Assembly (NCBI GenBank): GCA_016704655.1
Contig: JADIZR010000007.1
Location: 1,348-65,347 of the forward strand
DNA from: Pseudomonadota bacterium
GTDB taxonomy: Bacteria; Pseudomonadota; Gammaproteobacteria; Steroidobacterales; Steroidobacteraceae
Length of the DNA: 64,000 nucleotides
Direction of reading: 5' to 3'
Shown here: in pieces, positions 27,901 to 36,648 of the stretch
Layout of the letters: every line of letters starts with the position of its first letter
How positions within the stretch are numbered: position 1 is the first letter of the stretch
Position numbers and translations under genes: made by a program
The notes under the pieces: generated by a model
The model's input: only the letters and a program-made list of their open reading frames with translations
Told to the model about the DNA's origin: nothing
Databases searched by the model: none

Positions 27901-28872
27901 ATGACTGCACAACGCCTTCTCCGGGAACGGTATGACGATGTCGTCGACGAAAGCGCGCCGCGCATCACGACGCCTGCAACCGTTGACACCTCCCGCAAGA
28001 AAGTTGCCGCTCCAGGCGCGGCAGCCGCCAAGGGAGCGGCGAACCGCAGCCGGTTGCTCACGCCAGCCAGCATCTACTTCATGGCCGTCCTCGCAGCGAT
28101 CGCCTTCGGCATCAACCTGCCGACGTCCGCTTACCTCTCCCCGCAGTCCGGTCTCGGCTATGCGCTCGGAATCGCCGGCGGCAGCGCGATGTTGCTGCTG
28201 CTCCTCTATCCGGTCCGCAAGCGAATGCCGAATGCACGCTACCTCGGGTCCACGCGCGCCTGGTTCAGGCTGCACATGACGCTCGGCATCTTCGGGCCCG
28301 CGCTCATCCTGTTTCATTCGAACTTCAGCCTTGGCGCGACCAACAGCAACGTCGCGCTGGTCTGCATGCTCATCGTTTCCGGCAGCGGACTCTTCGGCCG
28401 GTACTTCTACGGTCACATCCACCAGGAACTGAATGGACGCGAAGCCACGCTCGACGAACTGCGGGAGTTCTCGAGCCGGCTGCAACTGACGTCGTCGGTG
28501 TCCTTCCTGCCTGCGCTGGCGCGGCACATCGACGCGGAACAGACCGTCATCGAGCGCCGCTTTGCGGCGACCGCGCTGCTGCTGCAACCGCTGCTGGGTG
28601 CAGCTTGGGCAATCGGCGCAAGACGTCGACTGCGGCGTGCAGTCCGTGAAGCCATTGCTGCGGGAGCCGACCGTCGTCACGACCCGACCCGCGAATCGCT
28701 GCAACTGATCGCGTATCGCTACATCGACGATCGCATCAGCGCGGCGCGGCGCGTGCTCGAGTTTCGTGCTTTCCAGAAGCTCTTCTCGCTGTGGCACGCC
28801 TTGCACCTGCCGCTCTTCGTCATGCTCATCATCGCCGGGACCGTCCATGTGGTCGCGGTACACATCTACTGA
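27901..28872 (+). CDS. polytopic membrane protein with two His-x13-His pairs (putative dihaem b-type cytochrome)
   Basis: ATG 27901 lies 2 nt after the previous TGA. About 5-6 TM helices. One helix carries RLHMTLGIFGPALILFHSNF (His and His+14). The last helix carries WHALHLPLFVMLIIAGTVHVVAVHIY (His and His+14). Confidence 0.6.
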   Translation: MTAQRLLRERYDDVVDESAPRITTPATVDTSRKKVAAPGAAAAKGAANRSRLLTPASIYFMAVLAAIAFGINLPTSAYLSPQSGLGYALGIAGGSAMLLLLLYPVRKRMPNARYLGSTRAWFRLHMTLGIFGPALILFHSNFSLGATNSNVALVCMLIVSGSGLFGRYFYGHIHQELNGREATLDELREFSSRLQLTSSVSFLPALARHIDAEQTVIERRFAATALLLQPLLGAAWAIGARRRLRRAVREAIAAGADRRHDPTRESLQLIAYRYIDDRISAARRVLEFRAFQKLFSLWHALHLPLFVMLIIAGTVHVVAVHIY

Positions 28873-28890
28873 CTGGACGGAGTCGCCCGC

Positions 28891-30456
28891 ATGCCCCGCT
28901 GGCACAGCGCCTGCCGACTCCTGTTCGCGATCCTGGGCCTGACGATGTCACCGTTGAGCGCCCGAGCGGCGAACCTCGAGACGTTGCTGATGCCCGGGCC
29001 GGTCATCGCGGGTCACGCGAAATACGAACAGGAGTGCTCGCGCTGCCACGATCGCGCGGATCGTTCGCGGCAGGCGGTCCTCTGCCGCACTTGTCATGAG
29101 CCCGTTGCCGCCGATATTGCGCAACACAAAGGATTCCATGGTCGATTGCGCGGAGCAGAGGCCGCCCAGTGCGGCGCCTGCCACACCGAGCACAAGGGCC
29201 GGCCGGCCGACATCGTCAAGCTCCAGCCGGCTTCGTTCCCGCATGCCCAGACGGACTTTCCGCTGCAGGGAGCACACGCGACAGTAGCGTGCACGGCTTG
29301 CCACCAGGAAGGCCGCAAACATCGCGAAGCGGCGTCCGCGTGCGTCGAGTGTCACAAGCAGGACGACCTGCACGAGGGCAAGCTTGGCCGCGATTGCTCC
29401 AGCTGCCACGACGCCGGAGGCTGGTCACGCGTGCGGTTTGATCACGCAAAGACCCGGTTCGCGTTGACCGGCAAACATGTGCAGGCGACCTGTGCGTCCT
29501 GCCACCTGGGCAACCGGTACAAGGACACCCCAACCCAGTGCGCTGCCTGCCACGCGCCTGATGACGTCCACGGTGGCGCGCGCGGGGCCGGCTGCGCCGA
29601 CTGTCACCAGACGACCGGTTGGACCGGCACCAGGTACGACCACCTGAAGACCAGCGGATTTGCGCTCACGGGCGCGCACTCCTCGCTCGATTGCAGGACG
29701 TGTCACAAGACGTCGAATTTCAAGGACCCGTTGCCGAGGGACTGCGCGGGTTGCCACCGCAGCGACGATCCGCACGCCACCCGCTTCGGTGCAGGCTGCG
29801 AGAAGTGCCATGCCGCAAGCGGCTGGACGCCTTCGAGTTTCGATCACACCCGCGATGGCAAGTTCGAGCTGCGCGGAGCGCACGAGAAGCTGAACTGCCA
29901 TGTCTGCCACACCGGGGTAATCGCCAGCCAGAAGCTCGGCACGGAGTGTGCCGGATGCCACCGGGCGGATGACGTGCATGCGGGCAACCTGGACACCGAC
30001 TGCGCGCAGTGTCACGGCGTGGAGACGTGGCGCGGGCATCTGCAGTTCGATCACGACTTTTCGACGTACCCGCTCGTGGGGCTCCACGTCGCGGTTCCCT
30101 GCTTTGCGTGTCATCGCTCAACGTCGTTCAAGGACGCACGGCAGACGTGTGTCGACTGCCACGAGGCGGACGATCGTCACAAGGGCTCACTCGGCCGGGA
30201 CTGCGAAACATGCCATTCGGTCAACGGCTGGAACCTGTGGCAGTTCGATCACGGCAAATCCACCAAGTTCGCCCTGACGGGTGCGCACTCGAAGGTGGCC
30301 TGCGCAGGCTGTCACAAGCAGCCCGCACACCTGGCGAAGCTGTCGCAGGACTGCGCGGCGTGCCATGCCGAGGACGACGTGCACCTCGGTCAGTACGGTC
30401 GGCAATGCCAGCGCTGCCACGTGACCACGACTTTCAAGGCTGCGCGGCTGCAGTGA
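28891..30456 (+). CDS. 21-haem periplasmic c-type cytochrome built from seven c7-like triheme modules
   Basis: Signal peptide plus 21 CXXCH motifs. The recurring module is FDH..T.F.L.G.H....C..CH - ~11 aa - C..CH..DD.H.G..G..C..CH. Confidence 0.9.
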   Translation: MPRWHSACRLLFAILGLTMSPLSARAANLETLLMPGPVIAGHAKYEQECSRCHDRADRSRQAVLCRTCHEPVAADIAQHKGFHGRLRGAEAAQCGACHTEHKGRPADIVKLQPASFPHAQTDFPLQGAHATVACTACHQEGRKHREAASACVECHKQDDLHEGKLGRDCSSCHDAGGWSRVRFDHAKTRFALTGKHVQATCASCHLGNRYKDTPTQCAACHAPDDVHGGARGAGCADCHQTTGWTGTRYDHLKTSGFALTGAHSSLDCRTCHKTSNFKDPLPRDCAGCHRSDDPHATRFGAGCEKCHAASGWTPSSFDHTRDGKFELRGAHEKLNCHVCHTGVIASQKLGTECAGCHRADDVHAGNLDTDCAQCHGVETWRGHLQFDHDFSTYPLVGLHVAVPCFACHRSTSFKDARQTCVDCHEADDRHKGSLGRDCETCHSVNGWNLWQFDHGKSTKFALTGAHSKVACAGCHKQPAHLAKLSQDCAACHAEDDVHLGQYGRQCQRCHVTTTFKAARLQ

Positions 30457-30469
30457 TGGGAAGGCAACC

Positions 30470-33400
30470 ATGAAGCTGCAATGGATCTGCCGTGCACTGC
30501 TGCCCTTGCTGCTGCTGGCTGCGGGCACCGTGTCAGCCCAGGTGACCGGGCGCAACTTTGACCACCTGACGACAGGATTCGAGCTTACTGGCGCGCATCG
30601 TCTGCAGGCCTGCGAGAGCTGCCACGTCGACGCCGTGTTCGCCGGCACCCCACGAGTGTGCGCGGCGTGCCATGCACAGAGGTCGCGCATCGGAGCGACA
30701 CCGAAGCCGTCGGCTCACGTGGCCTCCACGGACAACTGCGGCGCGTGCCACACCACCTCGGGCTGGATACCGGCAGGACGATTCGATCACCTGGAAGCGC
30801 GCGGTGATTGCGCAACCTGCCATGACGGGCTGCAGGCGCAGGGCAAGCCGGCGGGCCACCTCACGACCAGCCAGGAGTGCTCGAGTTGCCACAGCAATAC
30901 GGCCTGGAGTCCCGCGAAATACAACCACTCCGGCATCACCGGCGTGTGCGCCTCCTGCCACGACGGCGTCAGAGCAACGGGGAAGCGGGCCACTCATCCG
31001 CAGACGACGAGCAGCTGCGAGTCGTGCCACACGATCGCGGCCTGGGCCCCGATCAGCCGCATTGACCACACGCAGGTCAGCGGCTCCTGCGCGTCGTGCC
31101 ATGACGGCACGTCTGCGACGCGCAAGCACGCATTGCATGTACCGACTACCGCGACGTGCGACACCTGCCACGTGACAGTCGCGTGGCAGCCAGCCAGCTT
31201 CGCTCACGACGGTATCGTCGACGGCTGCGCCAGCTGCCATGACGGGGCGCGGGCCACCGGCACCGGACCGCGTCACATCAAGGCGACGAACACCTGCGTG
31301 GCCTGTCATTCGATGACGGCATGGCAGCCGGCAACGCGCGTGGACCACGCCAACGTGCTGGGCAGCTGCTCGACCTGCCACGACGGACTCGCGGCCAGCG
31401 GACAGCCGGCCAATCACATTCCCACGTCGGCGGAATGCGACAGCTGCCATGCGACCAACGCCTGGACTCCCGCCAGGTTCGATCACACCGGGATCGCCAC
31501 CAACTGCGCCTCCTGTCACGACGGCACCCGCGCCACAGGCAAGAGTCCGACCCACATCAATACCTCGACGACCTGCGAGTCATGTCACGTCATCGCGGCC
31601 TGGCAACCCGCGTCGCGTGTCGATCATGCCCAGGTGCTCGGCAGCTGCGTCTCCTGTCACGATGGCACCGTTGCAACCGGCAAGAACGCCACGCACATCC
31701 TGTCCGACAATGCCTGCGAGAGTTGCCACACGACCGTCCAGTGGCAGCCCGCCAACTTTTCACACACCGGGCTGACGGAAACCTGCTCAGCCTGCCACGA
31801 CGGTACTCGGGCCACCGGCAAGAGCACGACGCACATCATCTCGAGTACCTCCTGTGGCGCCTGTCACGCGACGTTCTCGTGGCGCCCGGTCACGCAGGTC
31901 GACCACACACAGGTGAGCGGCAGCTGCGCCTCGTGCCACAACGGCACGACGGCCACCGGCAAGAACGCGGGTCACATCGCCTCCAGCACGGCCTGCGCTG
32001 CCTGCCATGCCACGCTGGCATGGAAGCCCGTCACAAGCGTGGATCATGCGCAGGTCACCGGCGCGTGCTTCTCCTGCCACGATGGCACCCTGGCCACCGG
32101 CAAGCCGTCCGCTCACATTCCGAGCGACAACTCCTGCGACAACTGCCATTCGCCGCTGGCATGGCAGCCAGCGCGCTTCGACCACACGGGCATCACGGTC
32201 AACTGCGCCAACTGTCACGACGGCATCAAGTCTCAGGGCAAGCCGACGACGCACATAACCAGCAGCAGCACGTGCGAGTCCTGTCACGCCGTGGCGGCCT
32301 GGAAGCCGGCAACGAGCGTCGACCACACCCAGGTGACGGGAACCTGCGCCAGTTGCCACGACGGCGCCAGGGCGACCGGCAAGGGCGTTAACCACATCCC
32401 GACCAGCGGCGAATGCGGCACGTGCCACGCCACGATCGCGTGGCAGCCGGCAACGTTCTCGCACACTGGTATTACCAGCGGTTGTGCCAGCTGCCACGAC
32501 GGGATCAAGGCGCCGGGCAAAAACGCCACGCACCTGTTCACGTCATCGACCTGCGAAGCCTGCCACTCCGTGACGACCTGGAAGCCCGCGACCCGCGTCG
32601 ACCACGCGCAGGTGCAGGGTTCGTGTTCGAACTGCCACAACAACATCAAGGCGACGGGCAAACCGGCGACGCACGTCGTTACGACGTCCGAATGCAGCAT
32701 GTGCCACGGCACGCAGGCCTGGAAGCCAGCGACGGGCTTCACGCACGACGGCATCACGGCCGCATGCGCGACCTGCCACAACGGCGTGAACGCGACGGGC
32801 AAGAACACCAGTCACCTGCAGACGAGCAATACCTGCGAGTCCTGCCATACCCCCACTGGCTGGAAGCCGGCGGCGAAGGTGGACCACACACAGGTCATCG
32901 GCACCTGCTTCTCGTGCCACAACGGCACGCTTGCGACCGGCAAGAACTCGGGTCACATCGCAAGTGACAACGCGTGCGACAGCTGCCACCAGTCGACGGC
33001 GTGGAAGCCGACGATCCGGGTCGATCACGCGCACGTCACCGGAACGTGTTCCAGCTGCCACGATGGCGTGCAGGCGGCGGGCAAGCCCACCACGCACCTG
33101 CCGACGACAGCCGAGTGCGGCAGCTGTCATTCAACCCTGGCCTGGACACCGGCGAAGGTGGATCACACCAGCATCACGAACTGCAAGGGTTGCCACAACG
33201 GCTCCAGCGCGACGGGCCCGTCGACCAGCCACATGACCTTCCCGGTCAACAGCTTCGACTGCAACCAGTGCCACACCACGACGGCCTGGTCGCCGAACAC
33301 GTTCAAGCACCGCGTGGGTGGCGGCTACCCGGGCGATCATCGTGTGGCGCTGACCTGCAGGAGCTGTCACACGACCGGCACGGATGCCGCCACCTGGCGC

Positions 33401-33610
33401 ACGCCGGCCTACAAACCCGACTGCGCAGGTTGCCATTCCAGCAATTTCAAGCCCGATCCGCACACCAAGTACGGCAACGTGAAGTACACCGTCAGTGAAC
33501 TGCGTAACTGCTCGGGAGCGTGCCACACCTATACGGACTCCACGCTCACGAAGATCTTGAAGAGCCGCGCCGGTCCGGAACATCGCATCACGGACACGGA
33601 ACTTCACTGA
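30470..33610 (+). CDS. giant multihaem c-type cytochrome: 41 CXXCH plus one CX3CH
   Basis: Sec signal MKLQWICRALLPLLLLAAGTVSAQ. There are 41 CXXCH motifs at ~23-aa spacing plus a terminal CSGACH. Consensus repeat is C.SCHDG..ATGK...H..T...C..CH...AW.PA..VDH..V.G. Confidence 0.9.
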   Translation: MKLQWICRALLPLLLLAAGTVSAQVTGRNFDHLTTGFELTGAHRLQACESCHVDAVFAGTPRVCAACHAQRSRIGATPKPSAHVASTDNCGACHTTSGWIPAGRFDHLEARGDCATCHDGLQAQGKPAGHLTTSQECSSCHSNTAWSPAKYNHSGITGVCASCHDGVRATGKRATHPQTTSSCESCHTIAAWAPISRIDHTQVSGSCASCHDGTSATRKHALHVPTTATCDTCHVTVAWQPASFAHDGIVDGCASCHDGARATGTGPRHIKATNTCVACHSMTAWQPATRVDHANVLGSCSTCHDGLAASGQPANHIPTSAECDSCHATNAWTPARFDHTGIATNCASCHDGTRATGKSPTHINTSTTCESCHVIAAWQPASRVDHAQVLGSCVSCHDGTVATGKNATHILSDNACESCHTTVQWQPANFSHTGLTETCSACHDGTRATGKSTTHIISSTSCGACHATFSWRPVTQVDHTQVSGSCASCHNGTTATGKNAGHIASSTACAACHATLAWKPVTSVDHAQVTGACFSCHDGTLATGKPSAHIPSDNSCDNCHSPLAWQPARFDHTGITVNCANCHDGIKSQGKPTTHITSSSTCESCHAVAAWKPATSVDHTQVTGTCASCHDGARATGKGVNHIPTSGECGTCHATIAWQPATFSHTGITSGCASCHDGIKAPGKNATHLFTSSTCEACHSVTTWKPATRVDHAQVQGSCSNCHNNIKATGKPATHVVTTSECSMCHGTQAWKPATGFTHDGITAACATCHNGVNATGKNTSHLQTSNTCESCHTPTGWKPAAKVDHTQVIGTCFSCHNGTLATGKNSGHIASDNACDSCHQSTAWKPTIRVDHAHVTGTCSSCHDGVQAAGKPTTHLPTTAECGSCHSTLAWTPAKVDHTSITNCKGCHNGSSATGPSTSHMTFPVNSFDCNQCHTTTAWSPNTFKHRVGGGYPGDHRVALTCRSCHTTGTDAATWRTPAYKPDCAGCHSSNFKPDPHTKYGNVKYTVSELRNCSGACHTYTDSTLTKILKSRAGPEHRITDTELH
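30690..33240 (+). repeat. in-frame tandem repeats (~138-141 bp, ~18 copies) inside the 41-haem cytochrome gene
   Basis: Periodic TGC..TGCCACGACGGC / GCCTGGCAGCC / GTCGA(C/T)CAC blocks. Copies are clearly diverged at the nucleotide level. VDH..V.G.C and F.HTGI...C subtypes partly alternate, giving a ~280-bp super-repeat. Confidence 0.85.
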
Positions 33611-35986
33611 TGCGCCCAGGTATTCGACTGCTGCTCGCCGCCAGCGCCGTCCTGGCCAACCTGGCGGCCACTCCGCTCCGGGCACAGGGCCGGATCGTCG
33701 AAGACGTCGTGGCGAGCGAGCAACGCGGCTACGTGTCCGTTACGCTGCTCTTCAGCTGTTCGATGCGCTACCTGTCGCACACGCCGGCTACCGATGGCGA
33801 AGCATTGCAGGTCCGCTTCTCGGCGGGCCCGGATTGTGGCCGGACATCTGCCTCGGAACCGCAGCCGCTGCTGGCCGGCGCGGCGGGTTTCGTGCGCTCG
33901 GTCGACGTCGTGCGACCGTTCGGCTCGGAGGTCCAGGTCCGGATCGGCTGGTCGAAGCCCGAAACGTTCGTGCTGACGCCTTCGATCGACGGGCGCCTGT
34001 TGCGAGTCAGGCTGCTGCGCACCGAGACACCGCAGGTTACGGTGCAGGAAATGCCCCAGGGCACCTCCACGTACGCCGTAAACCTGGCCTCGTCGACCAC
34101 CCCTCACACCCGATGCACTCGCAGCCGCCGCAAAGGTCGCGGGCACGCGCACCTACGTTTCGGCGACCGTCGTCGACGAGCAGCGCTGGTACCGCCTGCG
34201 GGCCGGGCCTTTCGTCAACGAGGCGGCAGCCAGGCAGGCACTGGCCAATTCGCGCAGCGAATTCCCGAAAGCCTGGATCGCGATTTCGGATGACGACACG
34301 CTGAACGAGATCGGCACTCCTTCGGGCGTGGCGACCGTGCGGTCAACCGCCCCGCAGGTCAACGCCTCGATGACGCCGGATGAAATCAAGGGAACCCTGG
34401 CCCAGGCCAAAGTTGCGTTCCGCCACAAGGATTACGCCACGGCGATCCCGCTGCTGACGCAGATCACGCAGCAACCCGAGTTTCCGCAACGGGCCGAAGC
34501 GCAGGAAATGCTCGCTCTTGCGCGCGAACGCAGCGGCCAGGTCGCTCACGCCAAGGCCGAATACGAGGACTATCTGCAGCGGTATCCAACCGGCGACGGC
34601 CCCACGCGCGTGCGCAAGCGGCTGCAGGCCCTGGCCTGGGCCAGCCGCCCTGGTCGCAGTGGCGCGGCAGATAGCGACCATGACGAATCCCCGTGGCGAG
34701 TCTACGGCGGCTTTTCGCAGATTTATCGCCAGGACCAGAGTCACCTCGAGAGCGGTCTCGCCGTCAGCGACCAGACGACGCAGAACGCCTTGCTCAGCGA
34801 CGTGAGTCTCGTTGCGCGTCGCCACGGCGAACGCTTCGACTTCACCACACGCGCGAGCGCGGGTTACAGCTACGACATGCTTGCCGACGGGCCGGGAAGC
34901 CAATCTCGAGTGTCGATGTTGTTTGCCGAGTTCGCCGACCGCATTGCAGGCTGGTACGCCCGCCTCGGCCGCCAGGCCGGCGGCTCGGCCGGACTCATGG
35001 GAACGTTCGACGGGATGCAGGCGGGGTACCAGCTGTGGCCCCGGCTGCGCGTCAATGGCTTCTTCGGCTTCCCGGTGGATTCGACACGCGAAGGGCCGGA
35101 CAGCGAGCGCAGGTTCGTCGGCATCTCTGCTGACGTCGGCACGCTCGCGAACGCCTGGGATCTCTCGTTCTATGCCGTCGACCAGCAGTATTCCGGCGTG
35201 ACGGACCGGCAGGCCGTCGGCACCGAGGTGCGGTACTTCCGGCCCGGCATCACGCTGGTCGGACTCGCGGATTTCGACATCCACTACAGCACGCTCAATA
35301 CCGTGCTGCTGCTGGGCACGTTCGCGCTGCCTGCGCGCTGGACGCTGAACCTGAACCTCGATCACCGCAAGAGTCCAGGCCTGTCGACGCGCAATGCCAT
35401 GATTGGGCAGCCAGTGCGCCGGTTCGACGAACTGTTCGGCCTGTACACACCCCAGGAGATCGAGCAACTTGCGCTCGACCGCACGTCGGAGTCGACGATG
35501 TACTCGGCGGGCGTATCGCGACCCTTCGGCGAGCGATGGCAGTGGTCGCTCGATGCGTCGACCATGACTCTCGGCTCGACGCGCGAATCGGGCGGGGTGC
35601 CCGCCACGCCGTCGTCGGGAACGGACACCGCGGTCTCGACGCAGGCCATGGGCTACGGATTGTTCGGCCGCGGCGACGTCACGTCACTGGGCCTGCAGTA
35701 CCAGACGGGCGAGAGCGCGCAGATGCTTTCGCTCGGCGTCGGCGCCCAGCTGCCTGTCGGCGAGCGTTGGCGCGTCGGCCCCCGGCTGCGCCTGGATCAA
35801 CGCAAGCTCGAGAGCGACCGGTCGACATCGCTCGTGTATTCACCGGCGCTGCGGGCGGAGATGCGCGGCAAGCACCTGACGTTCGAGGTGGAGGGCGGGG
35901 CCGAGTTCGGATCGCGCGACCTCGGCACGAGCTCCGAGGACACGTCGCGTTACTATTTCAGCCTTGGCTATCGCTATGACTTCTAG
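33610..35986 (+). CDS. outer-membrane protein: signal peptide, N-domain, SPOR domain, TPR-like region and beta-barrel; a single ORF only after correcting a 1-nt frameshift at ~34100
   Basis: ATG 33610 overlaps the TGA of the cytochrome gene. Frame 1 reads MRPGIRLLLAASAVLANLAATPLRAQG...STYAVNLASSTT, then turns Arg-rich. From the C4 run at 34100-34103 the +1 frame reads PLTPDALAAAAKVAGTRTYVSATVVDEQRWYRLRAGPFVNEAAARQALANSRSEFPKAWIA (SPOR-like). It runs without a stop into ORF 34328..35986, which has a TPR-like segment and then amphipathic beta strands ending YYFSLGYRYDF. Confidence 0.65.
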
Positions 35987-36560
35987 CGGTCATTCCGGCG
36001 GCGATGGGACACAGGTCTGCAGGACCGTCTCGGTCGCGCTGGCAGCTGGAACATTGCTCGCTGCAATCCTCATGGCAGGCTGCGCCAGCGAGCAACCGGC
36101 CGGTCCGCGCGAATACCTCGACGAACGCACTGCTGCGACGATCACGGTGGCTGGCGAACCCATGGTCTTCGCCTGCGATCGCCCCGAACTGGGTGTGAAC
36201 GCGCGCGACTACGTCACACTGACCGCTGTGGACGTCAACACGTCCGGCAGGCATGCCACGCATCTCGTGGGTTACTCCTGGTCGACGCTGGACAAGCGCG
36301 CCATCAAGGAAAGCGACAGCGACTACGAAGTCATTGCCGATGATCGAACGCTGTCGCTGCAGCCGATGCCGGACGGATTCCGCGCGATCGGCGTCAACGA
36401 ACCACCGATTCCAGTCCCTTCACGCGGCGCCCTGCCGCTGACGGCGCCGATCACCCGGGATCAGCTGCTGTTTCTGCGGGACACCTCTGGCGCGCACATC
36501 GTGCGAACGCGCGACGGGGTCACGGAACGGTTCGAACTCTGGCGCGGCCCCGGCCACTGA
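35976..36560 (+). CDS. lipoprotein of unknown function
   Basis: ATG 35976 overlaps the end of the barrel gene. Lipobox AAILMAGCASE. No recognisable domain. Confidence 0.55.
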   Translation: MTSSGHSGGDGTQVCRTVSVALAAGTLLAAILMAGCASEQPAGPREYLDERTAATITVAGEPMVFACDRPELGVNARDYVTLTAVDVNTSGRHATHLVGYSWSTLDKRAIKESDSDYEVIADDRTLSLQPMPDGFRAIGVNEPPIPVPSRGALPLTAPITRDQLLFLRDTSGAHIVRTRDGVTERFELWRGPGH

Positions 36561-36575
36561 GCACAGTGCCAGACG

Positions 36576-36591
36576 CGCTGACCCGTCAGCG
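36576..36591 (+). terminator. weak stem-loop followed by a T-rich stretch at the end of the cytochrome operon
   Basis: CGCTGAC-CC-GTCAGCG followed by GCTCGTCGTTTCTTGC. Short stem and tiny loop. Confidence 0.3.
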
Positions 36592-36648
36592 GCTCGTCGT
36601 TTCTTGCTAATGTGGGCTACGACCGGTTTACCTGGCTGGACCAGAGCG

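Noticed and set aside
30690-33240. Regular ~140-bp periodicity that could be mistaken for a CRISPR-like or satellite array
   Set aside because: The repeats are in frame inside one long ORF with a signal peptide. There are no unique spacers. The conserved positions are the Cys/His codons of haem-binding motifs, so this is a coding tandem repeat.
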